DNA of 52,390 bases from Candidatus Poseidoniaceae archaeon (GTDB taxonomy: Archaea; Thermoplasmatota; Poseidoniia; Poseidoniales; Poseidoniaceae): NCBI GenBank assembly GCA_049623485.1, contig JBMZTB010000004.1:1-52390 (forward strand). Direction: 5' to 3'. The position numbers and the translations under genes are program-made. How positions within the stretch are numbered: position 1 is the first letter of the stretch; each line of letters begins with the position of its first letter. The notes beneath the pieces were generated by a model. The model was not told where the DNA came from. It ran no database searches and worked only from the letters and a program-made list of their open reading frames with translations. Shown in pieces: positions 38,055 to 48,571 of this stretch.

Positions 38055-39038
38055 ATGCGCACATGCTGGGTGTTTGACCATCCTGCTCATGTACGTCTCC
38101 TCGCTCCTTTTCTGCGCTCAGGTACTGTAAGCGATGTCATCATTGCAACCAATCGACACGAAGTACGTCAATTGATGAAATCAAGTGAAGGCGTTCTTCC
38201 ACGTCGACAGACAATTTGGGTTGAACGACCTGTTGGAAAAGGGCGCTATCGAATTGCTTGGAACCGAATGCGAACGGTTCGTCGAGAACTCAAAAGTGCA
38301 GAAAAGAGTGGAAATCGATTTGAAAGGATCGTTGCAATTGGGGCGTCGCTTGAACTAAGAGTAGCAAAGAAACTTGGCATCAAAAACAGATGGTATATTT
38401 CTGATACAGAAGTCAACCATATCGCCCACAAATTAGCAAGAAATGCGTGTACAGACGCCATATTCCCTACTCATTGGGATGAATCAATTGATGAAGGTTG
38501 GTTGAGAAAATTCAGTCAGAAAGTGAATCTTCATCGATTGAATGGGCTACATGGTCACGTACATTTGCGGCCGCAACTTCGTCCAGTACAGGTTCAAGAC
38601 CCTCCTTCTTTTGTTGTACGGCGGTTACAAGGTGACGGAATCCATGATTCAGATGAAGTTCTTGAGATTCCAAGTCAAATCCTTGAAGGAATTGAAATCA
38701 CCTCTGCTGATGAATCCAAATACAGAGGCGATCCATGGCAATTCACAACGATGTTATCGCAACATAATGCAGTCATAACCCAATCGGTTACAGTTGCAAG
38801 TGAAGCTGTCTTGATGGGCGTTCCAACCCTCTTGGTAAGCGATGCAAAACGTGGCTTCCTCAATCGACTTGAGTTTGAAGGCTATCCACTGTTTCGATTA
38901 ACCTCCAAATCGGACGTGGAAGAAATTCAAGCTCAATTCTTAGCAGGATTGTTTCTTACTGAAGCATTGGAATTACCAGAATGGCCTGATGCTCAGCAAC
39001 AATTCGCAGAATTCATTGGTTCTGAATTGATTGATTAA
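38055..39038 (+). CDS. DUF354-like putative GT-B glycosyltransferase
   Basis: DHPAHV N-terminal motif, SDTE and TVASEAVLMGVP. Confidence 0.7.
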   Translation: MRTCWVFDHPAHVRLLAPFLRSGTVSDVIIATNRHEVRQLMKSSEGVLPRRQTIWVERPVGKGRYRIAWNRMRTVRRELKSAEKSGNRFERIVAIGASLELRVAKKLGIKNRWYISDTEVNHIAHKLARNACTDAIFPTHWDESIDEGWLRKFSQKVNLHRLNGLHGHVHLRPQLRPVQVQDPPSFVVRRLQGDGIHDSDEVLEIPSQILEGIEITSADESKYRGDPWQFTTMLSQHNAVITQSVTVASEAVLMGVPTLLVSDAKRGFLNRLEFEGYPLFRLTSKSDVEEIQAQFLAGLFLTEALELPEWPDAQQQFAEFIGSELID

Positions 39039-39453
39039 GCCATTTCTCAACAATTTTTCCGTGGTCACCGGCAAGAACAAGTCTTCCTTCGAGGATATCC
39101 GAAATTGGCCAGAAGCGGGCAGCAGCAGCATCATCTCCACCTGCTGGTTCACCTTTTGCTTCAACTTCATAGACGATGCTTACGATGTGTTTACGAGGAT
39201 CACGGTCAGGTTCTCCCATAACCATGAGCAAGACCGGATTTGTTCCATCAAGATTCGCTTCTTCCTTCAATTCCCTTAGAACAGCATCTTGTGGACGTTC
39301 TCCTTGGTCAACAAATCCTCCTGGAAGCACCCAAGAGCCAACAGATGGAGGAAACTTTCTCTGAACTAACAAGATTTCATCGCCTCTTCGAACACACGCA
39401 TCAACTGCAAGTGCAGGATTGAGATAACCAAGACATGCGTCGCATTGCGTCAT
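39013..39453 (-). CDS. NUDIX hydrolase (ADP-ribose pyrophosphatase-like)
   Basis: Intact NUDIX box PGGFVDQGERPQDAVLRELKEEANL, plus RDPR and GDDA. Confidence 0.93.
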   Translation of the reverse strand: MTQCDACLGYLNPALAVDACVRRGDEILLVQRKFPPSVGSWVLPGGFVDQGERPQDAVLRELKEEANLDGTNPVLLMVMGEPDRDPRKHIVSIVYEVEAKGEPAGGDDAAAARFWPISDILEGRLVLAGDHGKIVEKWLNQSIQNQ

Positions 39454-39454
39454 T

Positions 39455-40234
39455 TCACTCACCAAATCTACGCTTTCGCATCTGGTATGTTTGTACTGCC
39501 TTCAACAGATCTTTCTTCTTGAACGATGGCCAAAACACATCGGTAAAGTACAATTCTGAATAAGCCATTTGCCAGAGCAAGAAGTTACTGATTCTCTCTT
39601 CTCCACTCGTTCTTATTACCAGATCAGGATCTGGCATTTCAGCAGTGTAGAGGTGTTCTGAAACGGTTTCTTGAGTAATCGATTCGAGAGGTAGGCTCCC
39701 ATTTGCATGAAGTTCAGCAATGTTTTGAATGGCCCGAATCATTTCCTCCCGAGCACCATAAGCAAGACAAACAGTAAACACAAAATCTTCGTAATCTTTG
39801 GTTTTTGATTCCGCATAATCAATAGCATCATTCACATCCTTTGGGAGAAGATCACGATGCCCAATGATTTGGACCCGCACATTATTTTCATGAATTCGTG
39901 GATCTTCTGCAATCGACTTGAGTCCGTCAATGTAGAGTTTGAACAATGTTTTCAATTCCTTTTCTGGTCTGTTGAGGTTTTCTGTGGACAATGCATAAAC
40001 TGTAAACCAAGGTATCCCCAGTTCGAGAACCCAATCAAGAACAGCCTCTAATCGCTGTTTTCCGATTCGATGACCAACGTGTGTAGCAAGGTTAGATCTC
40101 CAAGCAAACCGTCTGTTCCCATCCATGATAATGGCAAGATGCTTTGGCTGAATGTCGTGCTCCATGACTTCGCGAAACAGCTTTGCTTCGACCGCTTGGC
40201 CGAGAACATCACCCATCTTTTCGCTAATTCCCAT
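39455..40234 (-). CDS. uppS: cis-prenyltransferase (polyprenyl diphosphate synthase)
   Basis: HLAIIMDGNRR, STENLNR, RTSGEERISNFLLWQ and RRFG motifs. Confidence 0.96.
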   Translation of the reverse strand: MGISEKMGDVLGQAVEAKLFREVMEHDIQPKHLAIIMDGNRRFAWRSNLATHVGHRIGKQRLEAVLDWVLELGIPWFTVYALSTENLNRPEKELKTLFKLYIDGLKSIAEDPRIHENNVRVQIIGHRDLLPKDVNDAIDYAESKTKDYEDFVFTVCLAYGAREEMIRAIQNIAELHANGSLPLESITQETVSEHLYTAEMPDPDLVIRTSGEERISNFLLWQMAYSELYFTDVFWPSFKKKDLLKAVQTYQMRKRRFGE

Positions 40235-40321
40235 GGCCGTCCCGTTTATTCCAATCCGTTCTCTTCTTTCATTCCATCCCTCCTATCACAAAGACACATT
40301 GAATGGTAAGTAGTCTTGTGG

Positions 40322-41491
40322 ATGGGCATGGAGGAAGCATCATGGTGGCCGCGCGGTCTTGCCCTTGGTTCGATTGAAGATGCTCTTTCCAGTCACGAAA
40401 TAACGACAAAGTGGGGCAAACTGTCTTGCTTTGATGCTCAAGAAACGATGAAACCCTCTTGGTGGAAGAACCAAGAGAATGGCTGCTGGGGTTCGTTCTC
40501 AAAGTTAAATGTTCAATCAGTGAATGTCATTTATCAACAAGGAAATCATACTTTATTGCAACTTGATGAGGCATATACTGCGTTGGTGTATTCTATTCCG
40601 ACCAGTGATTCAACTTCCATGCTTGCTCGAAAATCTGCATGGGCTACGGCTCTGGAACCGACATCCATTCTTTTGCCAATAGCAGGAATGACGTTCGAGG
40701 GAAACGATGCTGTTGTTGTCTTTCCGCGCTTCGATTTAACTTATGATGCGGATATTGAATGGATTTCAACATCGCTTGGACTCGCACAAACATCTCTTGA
40801 GCCGTTTTCAAGTCCAAATGATCAAAACCGTTGGAATCAGCGTCTAAAGTCTGTGGAAGATGCTTTGCGACCAAACACCTTGTGGAGGGCCCCACATACA
40901 AAGCACACAGTCGGATTACCAGCGCTCCGCGTCCATCCATCTTGGGTAGGAATGGCAGATGGTGTAAGGAAACTCATCCCAATGAATCAACGAGTTAGCG
41001 AGCATCTCTTATGCGGCCCTGAGCGTCTTCCCGCTCTTGCTGAACTCATACAAATGGAAGGTCGCTGGGTTGAAATGAATGGCTATTCAAGAACGGATAT
41101 CGAATCGATGCTAGGGGCTTGGTCATCTGCAACGCCTTCCTCATGGTCAAGCAAAAAAGCGCTTTCAACAGTCCTCGGTGGCGCATGGATTTGGCGTTAT
41201 TACGACGTCCTGTTTTCCTATGCAGAAGCAGTACTCTATGACGACAAAAAAGGACTTGAATCATCAAAAGCATGGTTGAAAGATGTAACCCGATTACAAG
41301 CCCATCTAGGCGTTTTACGTGTATGGAAAAGCGGTGTATGGGTTGGTATTACAACAATGATCGTCGCCTATTATGGATGGCAAATAGATTCAATGACACC
41401 TTCCTTTGCGATTGGAGTTGCCCTTGCAGGCGCCTTGCTCTCGTTTGCTTCAAACAGGATGTATTGGTGGAAGGATCCCTCTCCAATCTAA
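40322..41491 (+). CDS. Hypothetical protein with two C-terminal TM helices; possibly a degenerate kinase-like fold
   Basis: Long ORF with a hydrophobic C-terminal pair and only weak maltokinase/APH-like pattern resemblance. Confidence 0.7.
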   Translation: MGMEEASWWPRGLALGSIEDALSSHEITTKWGKLSCFDAQETMKPSWWKNQENGCWGSFSKLNVQSVNVIYQQGNHTLLQLDEAYTALVYSIPTSDSTSMLARKSAWATALEPTSILLPIAGMTFEGNDAVVVFPRFDLTYDADIEWISTSLGLAQTSLEPFSSPNDQNRWNQRLKSVEDALRPNTLWRAPHTKHTVGLPALRVHPSWVGMADGVRKLIPMNQRVSEHLLCGPERLPALAELIQMEGRWVEMNGYSRTDIESMLGAWSSATPSSWSSKKALSTVLGGAWIWRYYDVLFSYAEAVLYDDKKGLESSKAWLKDVTRLQAHLGVLRVWKSGVWVGITTMIVAYYGWQIDSMTPSFAIGVALAGALLSFASNRMYWWKDPSPI

Positions 41492-41499
41492 AACAAACT

Positions 41500-42594
41500 T
41501 CATCGCTGTTGACGAATCCTTCCATCATAGAATGAAAGATTCAGTTCCTTAGCAAGTTCCATTGTTTCTAGGATGAGTTCTTCTCGTGCAGAACGTTCAG
41601 CAAGAGATGAAGAAACGTTCCAGTAAAGGTTGAGTCCAATATCAATCGATTGTGCTGAGATGGTATTAATGCTGCACCAAGACGACTCCTCTTTCGTGGT
41701 CGCTTCATGATTCTGAATAAGTTCCAATGTACGCTTACAGAAGGTTTCGACATCGGTTGGATCGGAATTGATATCGAGATGAATCATCGATTGCCAACGT
41801 CGCCATCTCCTCTTACCAAAGTTCTCAACTGGTGTGCTGACAAGGTTAGCGTTTGGAATGGTGATGATCGTATCAAGAGACGTTCGAACTAATGTGGTTC
41901 GAAGATTAATCTCAATCACTTCGCCTTCAGATGCACCGATCAACACCCAATCTCCCACCTTGAATGGGCGATCTAGAAGGACTGTGATCGCTCCAAAGAA
42001 GTTTGAGATTGTGTCTTTTGCTGCAAGAGCCAAAGCCAATCCAGTAATACCTAATCCAGCAAGGAGAGAGGTTAACTGGAAGCCAAGAGCATCTGCGATA
42101 AAGACTGAACCTACGAAGACGATAACAAAACGAAGTGTGCTTTCTAATGCAGAGATCAATGTCTTTTCTGTTCCATCAAGTTCACCGTCTTTGTCGAAAA
42201 ATTTGACAACATCATAGACCAGCGAAACCAAGCGGAAGGCCCAAACAACGACGAAGAACACGAGCATGAATTGCAATACGTCTGGAAGATATTCGAGCCA
42301 GGACGGAATAACGATGTTGGCATTATCAGAACGCTCGTCCCACAATATTGAACAGAAGATGAATGCAAATACAGAGGCCACCGCAGTTCCAAGGGCAGCA
42401 TCTCCCTTCTTGACTGCCTTCTTTCGTATTTCATCGTCCGAAATTACGACACTTACAAAGCGATGTGAGAGGGTGCTGACCAGATAACGAACAAGGAATG
42501 AAGCTACGAATATCGATGCTAAAACGATGAGTGTCGACTCTGAAAAGCCCCACATATCGTCGCTTGAATAGGTAAGATTGTCATACAGGCCCAT
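41500..42594 (-). CDS. mscS: Small-conductance mechanosensitive channel
   Basis: GLALALAAKDTISNFFG, DRPFKVGDW, GEVIEINLRTT and IPN motifs. Confidence 0.93.
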   Translation of the reverse strand: MGLYDNLTYSSDDMWGFSESTLIVLASIFVASFLVRYLVSTLSHRFVSVVISDDEIRKKAVKKGDAALGTAVASVFAFIFCSILWDERSDNANIVIPSWLEYLPDVLQFMLVFFVVVWAFRLVSLVYDVVKFFDKDGELDGTEKTLISALESTLRFVIVFVGSVFIADALGFQLTSLLAGLGITGLALALAAKDTISNFFGAITVLLDRPFKVGDWVLIGASEGEVIEINLRTTLVRTSLDTIITIPNANLVSTPVENFGKRRWRRWQSMIHLDINSDPTDVETFCKRTLELIQNHEATTKEESSWCSINTISAQSIDIGLNLYWNVSSSLAERSAREELILETMELAKELNLSFYDGRIRQQR

Positions 42595-42695
42595 GTCCTT
42601 TCCTATGCCCTCGTCTTCAAGTTCTTTTCCCTCATATTCCAAATCGTAGATTCGACGGTTTCAAGTGTGGGGAGCAACTGGGTTGAATTGATAGC

Positions 42696-44873
42696 ATGAG
42701 ATTTGAAAAGGCCACCCGTCAAACAAGCGTCGTCGCATTGAGTCTGATGATTCTACCGTTGCTTCTCTCAATGTTTTCTCCAGTCATGGCTTCAACTGTG
42801 AATGTTCAACAAGAAGCAACAGGAAATACTCCTGAAGATGTATGGTCAGAAAACTATGTCAACGACATCTTTCCCTGGGCATCAGCTGATGATCGTATTC
42901 TCCAGTTTAAGGAATATCACAGTTATGAGACAATGAAGTTGCGTATGGTTCAACTGGCTGAGCAAAATCCTGACATTTTTGAATTCCATGAAGGGATGAA
43001 TGGAGGCGTCAATGCTCGTGGTGAAACAGTTACTGCAAACGCTTACGAAGGCTGGTATTACGGACATTCTTCACCTTGGTTGAAAATTACTGGCGACGTA
43101 CAGGGCGGAGAATATAATGAATTCGTCGGAGATAACGGAAACTATGCTGATCGCTATGATGTTATGATCGTAGGAAATCACCACGCAAGAGAGTGGATGT
43201 CCTACACTGTTCCAGTCATGCAAATGGAAGTCATCGCATTCTCATACGACAACATTGGTTACGATAATGATGGAGATGGCTTGGTTGATGAAGATCCATG
43301 GGGAGACGCAAATAACGATGGGATTCTTGACGATGATGGAGACTGTCTCGCACTCGCCCCAGAATATCAAGACTCGAACGGAGATGGAACCGCTTGTGGG
43401 CCTGGTGACCATGGAGTTGACGAGGATTACTCTGAACAATTCATTACCGACCTTGTAAACTCTCGAGAAATTTATCTTATTCCAATGCTCAATGTAGATG
43501 GAAACATCTACGACCGTGAAGTATTCTGTCCAGCTCCTGCTTGGGAATCATGCCCGAGTGGTGGATGGAGGAAGAACCTTCGAGACAACACCTTTACTGG
43601 CGTAACTCCACTACCTGACCTCCAAGAAAAGGTCGACGAAGATTGTGATGGTGTTGATCTCAATCGAAATTACCAATTCGAATGGGGTGCTCCCCTGGGC
43701 GCAACAGGCCCATTGATTCCAGGTACTTGTTCGCCTGCAGAAGGTGAATTAGATGGTTCAAACAACGATGTTTACAACGGACCAGTTGATGATACGGATA
43801 ACGACGGAGATGGACAAATCAATGAAGATCACGTCGATGGAAAAGACGATGATGCAGACGGTGTAACCGACGAAGATTGGTGGGGCGGTAATTCTGAACC
43901 TGAGACCAAGTTTATCCAAGATTTAACTGAGATGAATGACGATGTTGGAGATGGTTCTAGCGAATTCAAAGCAACCTTGACACATCACTCCTACTCAGAA
44001 CTTATTCTCTATCCTTGGGGTCACTGCACAGGCTGTGAGAGCCCAGATCATGAGCAGCTGAAGTATCACGGCGCTCAGATGGCAGAAATGACTCAATACA
44101 CCAATATGCAATCCTCTGATCTTTACCCAACTTCGGGTGATTTCTGTGACTGGCATTACGGTGTTCATGGCTCTTACTGCTACACCTCTGAGATCGGAAC
44201 GGCGTTCCATCAACACGAGGATGATATCGATCATATTGCTGTGCGTAATCTTGGAACAGGCTTCTACATGGCCGAAATTGCAGACAGTCCACGTGAACGT
44301 GCAGACCTCGAGATGAGCAATATCTCTCAGCAAAATTATTTGCTAGAAGGAGATAAAATCGACATTCCAGCAGAAGGGGATATTCCAGTCGATTTGTGTG
44401 TTTCAAAGCAATTCCCTTACAGCGAATCCAAAACCAAGATTCAATGGCGTACTGTCAAGCCAAGCCGCTTGCAAAGTGATTACGGGTCTCGTGAATGGGC
44501 TACTACGCCATGGGAGTCAGTTTCTGTTCAGGTTGTGAGCGATGAATCATGCCCACTGCCAGATGGGAATGGAACAATCTTACGAGGCATGATACCTATT
44601 TCAGAAACTGCAACTGGAAAGTTGCATTACAAAGCCACAGTATTCACCCTTGGAGGTTCTGATTTTATTCAATATCCTGCAGATGGGGCTTACTATCAAC
44701 TGGATTTGACATATCGTGAAGCGTACGGTTCTCTCTTTGGATCCCTTGTTCTCTTTACGCTTGTAGCAGGGACAATCTGGGGCAGTCTCGGTGTTTGTTT
44801 ACGAATTATGCTTAACGATCAAGAAGAGAGCGCTTACGTGGCCTCCGCAGTCTTAGAAGCAGAGGCGGTATAG
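42696..44873 (+). CDS. Membrane-anchored M14 zinc carboxypeptidase with Asp-rich Ca-binding inserts
   Basis: HHAREW, WRKN, GVDLNRNY, SEPET, HSYSE and catalytic TSE motifs. DxDGDG repeats, signal peptide and C-terminal TM helix. Confidence 0.92.
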   Translation: MRFEKATRQTSVVALSLMILPLLLSMFSPVMASTVNVQQEATGNTPEDVWSENYVNDIFPWASADDRILQFKEYHSYETMKLRMVQLAEQNPDIFEFHEGMNGGVNARGETVTANAYEGWYYGHSSPWLKITGDVQGGEYNEFVGDNGNYADRYDVMIVGNHHAREWMSYTVPVMQMEVIAFSYDNIGYDNDGDGLVDEDPWGDANNDGILDDDGDCLALAPEYQDSNGDGTACGPGDHGVDEDYSEQFITDLVNSREIYLIPMLNVDGNIYDREVFCPAPAWESCPSGGWRKNLRDNTFTGVTPLPDLQEKVDEDCDGVDLNRNYQFEWGAPLGATGPLIPGTCSPAEGELDGSNNDVYNGPVDDTDNDGDGQINEDHVDGKDDDADGVTDEDWWGGNSEPETKFIQDLTEMNDDVGDGSSEFKATLTHHSYSELILYPWGHCTGCESPDHEQLKYHGAQMAEMTQYTNMQSSDLYPTSGDFCDWHYGVHGSYCYTSEIGTAFHQHEDDIDHIAVRNLGTGFYMAEIADSPRERADLEMSNISQQNYLLEGDKIDIPAEGDIPVDLCVSKQFPYSESKTKIQWRTVKPSRLQSDYGSREWATTPWESVSVQVVSDESCPLPDGNGTILRGMIPISETATGKLHYKATVFTLGGSDFIQYPADGAYYQLDLTYREAYGSLFGSLVLFTLVAGTIWGSLGVCLRIMLNDQEESAYVASAVLEAEAV

Positions 44874-44884
44874 GAGGGGATTTA

Positions 44885-46576
44885 ATGGCAGAAAGCGACC
44901 AATTCTCCGGCCGACTCGGCCTTATTTTCGCATCGATTGGTGCAGCTATTGGAACAGGGAACATCTGGCGATTCCCCCGAATGGTCGGAGCAAACGGCGG
45001 AGGGACGTTCCTCATTCCGTGGCTGTTCTTCCTCTTTGTATGGTCGATTCCTCTCGTCATTGCAGAATTTGCAATGGGCAAGCGATCACGGGTAGGTACT
45101 GTTGGTACATTCCGAATCTTTGCTGGTAAGAAATTCGCTTGGATGGGTCTCTGGACTGCTTGGATTTCGACTGCAATTGGATTTTATTATGCCATTGTTG
45201 CTGGATGGTGTTTGAAGTATTTCCAACTCGGTATCTCTGGCGGATTAACTGGAGATGGTGTTGACACAACTGAGGTCTGGAATTCGTTCCTTCAATCTCC
45301 AATGCAGGTTATAGCATTCCAATTCTTGATTATCGCAATCACATTATTGGCAATCTGGAAGGGTGCAAAAGCCATTGAAAAAGTCAACGTATTGTTGATG
45401 ACTTCTCTCTTCGTACTTCTATTCATGACCCTCGGTCTCTCTCTCTGGATGGATATGTCTGATGGAAGTCTGGATGGGGCTTTGTTCATGTTTACAGTTG
45501 ATCCTGATATGTTGATGGAACCCGAAGTATGGATTAACGGATTGTCGCAATCTGCTTGGTCTTGCTCAGCTGGTATGGGCATGTGCATCACTTATGCAGT
45601 ATACATGAGAAAAGACGAGGATACTGTTCTCAACGCTTTCACTATGGGATTCGCTAACAACAGCATTTCCATTATCGCTGGTCTTGCGGTTCTTTCCGCT
45701 ATCTTCGCAGTAAGTGCAGACCCATTGACCACAGTAACCAACGGGTCATCAGCAATCACTTTCCTTGCTTTACCAGAAGTGTTTGCTCAAGCACCGGGAG
45801 GCCCGATTGGAGCATTTATCATGATGGCAGGATTCTTCCTAGCCTTATCCTTCGCTGCAATTACATCAATGATTTCCACTGTTGAACTATGTGTTCGAAA
45901 CTTCGTCGACCATGGATATGATCGACAAAAGTCAGTTTTGATTACATCTCTTGCAATCTTCTTCTTTGGATTGCCTTCCGCGCTCATGTGGATTCAACTC
46001 GATGCAGGCGGTGTAGCCTTCCCAGAATTCCTTGAGGTTCAAGATCACATTTGGGGTTACGGACTGATGTTCAGTGGATTGTTTATTGCATTCTCGATTT
46101 GGAAGTATGGCTATGTCAAGTGGAAGAAAGAAGTCGAACTTGGCAAGGCAGCACCAGGACTCAAGGGATACCTTGGCGTTGGTGTTTCCGCATTCCGTGA
46201 TGACTTCATCAATACGGGCGACAACGATTTGGAAGTTGGGCGATGGTGGGATATATGCCTCTATCTTGCCTTCCCAGTTTTATTCAGCGTCCTCATGCTA
46301 TCCTACTTTGGAGATATGATTGCAAATACAGATGATGTTTGGAATCCAACCAATCCGAAAGGACTTGGAATCATTTTGGCTTTCTGGGGAATAGTGGCTA
46401 CTGTTTTCATTATTCTCAATAAGACCTTGATTCAACGACCTCTCTATCGAAACGTACCAGAAGGAGCAGATGCAGATATCTCGCAACTTCCAGGCGGCGA
46501 TGATGATTTAATTGGTATTCTCGGTGCTGAGATCCTCGATGCTGAGGTGTTTCCCGATAGTGCCCAGATAACTTGA
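44885..46576 (+). CDS. Sodium-dependent NSS/SNF-family (amino acid) symporter
   Basis: GAAIGTGNIWRFP and GGGTFLIP motifs, ~12 TM helices. Confidence 0.94.
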   Translation: MAESDQFSGRLGLIFASIGAAIGTGNIWRFPRMVGANGGGTFLIPWLFFLFVWSIPLVIAEFAMGKRSRVGTVGTFRIFAGKKFAWMGLWTAWISTAIGFYYAIVAGWCLKYFQLGISGGLTGDGVDTTEVWNSFLQSPMQVIAFQFLIIAITLLAIWKGAKAIEKVNVLLMTSLFVLLFMTLGLSLWMDMSDGSLDGALFMFTVDPDMLMEPEVWINGLSQSAWSCSAGMGMCITYAVYMRKDEDTVLNAFTMGFANNSISIIAGLAVLSAIFAVSADPLTTVTNGSSAITFLALPEVFAQAPGGPIGAFIMMAGFFLALSFAAITSMISTVELCVRNFVDHGYDRQKSVLITSLAIFFFGLPSALMWIQLDAGGVAFPEFLEVQDHIWGYGLMFSGLFIAFSIWKYGYVKWKKEVELGKAAPGLKGYLGVGVSAFRDDFINTGDNDLEVGRWWDICLYLAFPVLFSVLMLSYFGDMIANTDDVWNPTNPKGLGIILAFWGIVATVFIILNKTLIQRPLYRNVPEGADADISQLPGGDDDLIGILGAEILDAEVFPDSAQIT

Positions 46577-46585
46577 GGTGAAAGA

Positions 46586-47152
46586 ATGGAACCACTCGTC
46601 CAGTGGTTATTGGGAGGATTGATTCTCTCGCTCCTTTTCATCGGCATTACCCGATGGTTTTGGACACGTTATGACAAACCCTCTGAAGAGGCTTTAGAAT
46701 GGCAAAAAGAACAAGCTGAAAAGCGTAAAGAGCGTAAGGTTTGGGAATCTGTTGAGATGCAAATGAGAAGAGAAGCTGAAGAGGCTGAACAGAAAGCAAC
46801 ATTCCAACAAAAGCGAATCAAAGCCGCCTCTTCAGGAACGGCTCCAGATGCAAAGGTTGTAGCAAAAGCATTCGAATCATTGGGAGGTTCCCCAAAGGCA
46901 AAATCAGTCGATGAGTCTGAAGTGTTCGAGATTGAGGATGATTCAGACGTTCATGCAGTAGAGGAATTAATTGAAGTGCGCCAGGATGCTTGGGATGGTG
47001 AAGAACAACCGCTATTTTCTGAACCTGAGGAACCAGATTGGGAACTCGTTGAGCGACTGAAACGTATCGCAGAGGCAGAGGATTTGGAAGAGAAACCTCA
47101 CCCAGAGTTGCCTGATGCACCAGTTCTTCCAATCCTTGATGAAGAAGAGTAA
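46586..47152 (+). CDS. Membrane-anchored acidic hypothetical protein
   Basis: SD GAGGTGA, N-terminal TM helix, coiled coil and acidic tail. Confidence 0.75.
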   Translation: MEPLVQWLLGGLILSLLFIGITRWFWTRYDKPSEEALEWQKEQAEKRKERKVWESVEMQMRREAEEAEQKATFQQKRIKAASSGTAPDAKVVAKAFESLGGSPKAKSVDESEVFEIEDDSDVHAVEELIEVRQDAWDGEEQPLFSEPEEPDWELVERLKRIAEAEDLEEKPHPELPDAPVLPILDEEE

Positions 47153-47224
47153 AGCATCCTCAGACCTCTCTTTTGTTTCAAAATTAAGCGAAGGGCATTA
47201 GAGGGGAGAGCCGCTGGTTTGCAC

Positions 47225-48571
47225 ATGGTCCAACGTCCGAGAGGTACCCGTGACTTTGGTCCCCAAGAGATGCAACGCCGTTTAGCATTCGAATCTCTTC
47301 TTGAAGAACAGGCTCGACGACACGGTTTTTCTCGGATACAAACACCTATTTTCGAATCACTTGATTTGTTTACCGCAAAATCAGGACCAGGTGTTGTCTC
47401 TCAGTTGTATGCATTCCAAGATAAAGGAGAACGTGATCTGACGCTACGTCCTGAATTAACTGCTCCAGTCATGCGTATGGTTGCTGAAGAATTACGTAAT
47501 GAAACCAAACCACTTCGTCTCTCCTACTTTGGACAATGTTTCCGGTATGAAGAATTCAAGAAAGGACGATATCGAGAATTTTTCCAATATGGTGTTGAAC
47601 TCATCGGAGCTAATGGACCGTTGGTTGAAGCAGAAGTTATCGCTTTAGCCATCAATATGCTTTGCGAAAGTGGGCTTAAGAATTGGGAATTAAGAATCGG
47701 ACACGTAGGTGTTCTCAAGCAAGCACTCACTGGAATTGGGTTGAACTCTTCTGCTGAATCAGGAGAGCCTCCAATCGCATCGGCTATGCGATTCCTCGAT
47801 AAAGGCGATTTCAAAGGCTTAGAAACCCTTCTAAATGCTCAAGGAATCTCTTCTGATTACATTCATCCTCTTCAACAACTTTCAGCCTTAGAAGGCGGCC
47901 AAGAGACAATTGCACAGGCAAGACAGATTCTCTCATCTCTCGAAGGCGTTTCTTTGGAAGCCCTCGATGAATTAGAAACAACACTGACTTCAATCACACA
48001 TCTCGCACCTTTACCCCCATCACTTTCTGTCAATCTGACCGTAGCGCGTGGTCTGGATTACTACACAGGAACAGTCTTCGAAGTCCACGTGCCAGAACTT
48101 GGTGGAGAAGGACAAGTTCTGGGTGGAGGATCGTATCGACTCCTCCATCTGTTCGGTCTTGAAGACTTAGATCCCTGTTGCGGATTTGGTCTTGGATTCG
48201 ATAGAGTCCTCCTCGCCCTTGAAGCACAAGCAGCAGCAGAAAAGAGAGAAGAGGTCGTCCCAGGAGAATCAGACTCCCTAGGACTTCTCGCAGTTATTCC
48301 ATTCAATATTGACACGACATCAGTTCTTGGAATGGTCGGAGAATTACGTAATCATGGAGAACGAGTTGAACTTGAACTTCGTTCCAGAAAGATAGGAAAG
48401 GCACTGAATTGGGCAAACAACATCGGAGCAGCCTATGCTATGGTCATTGGACCAAGAGATGTTGAACAAGGAAAAGCCTCAATCAAGAGACTCTCTGATG
48501 GAGAACAAGTTGAAACACAACTCAACAGTTCTTCAGTGCTTGAAGCACTTCAACAACTTCGATCTTCCTAA
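47225..48571 (+). CDS. hisS: Histidine--tRNA ligase
   Basis: PRGTRDF, LRPELTAP, FRYE...GRYREFFQ, RGLDYYTG and GFGLGFDR motifs. Confidence 0.97.
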   Translation: MVQRPRGTRDFGPQEMQRRLAFESLLEEQARRHGFSRIQTPIFESLDLFTAKSGPGVVSQLYAFQDKGERDLTLRPELTAPVMRMVAEELRNETKPLRLSYFGQCFRYEEFKKGRYREFFQYGVELIGANGPLVEAEVIALAINMLCESGLKNWELRIGHVGVLKQALTGIGLNSSAESGEPPIASAMRFLDKGDFKGLETLLNAQGISSDYIHPLQQLSALEGGQETIAQARQILSSLEGVSLEALDELETTLTSITHLAPLPPSLSVNLTVARGLDYYTGTVFEVHVPELGGEGQVLGGGSYRLLHLFGLEDLDPCCGFGLGFDRVLLALEAQAAAEKREEVVPGESDSLGLLAVIPFNIDTTSVLGMVGELRNHGERVELELRSRKIGKALNWANNIGAAYAMVIGPRDVEQGKASIKRLSDGEQVETQLNSSSVLEALQQLRSS

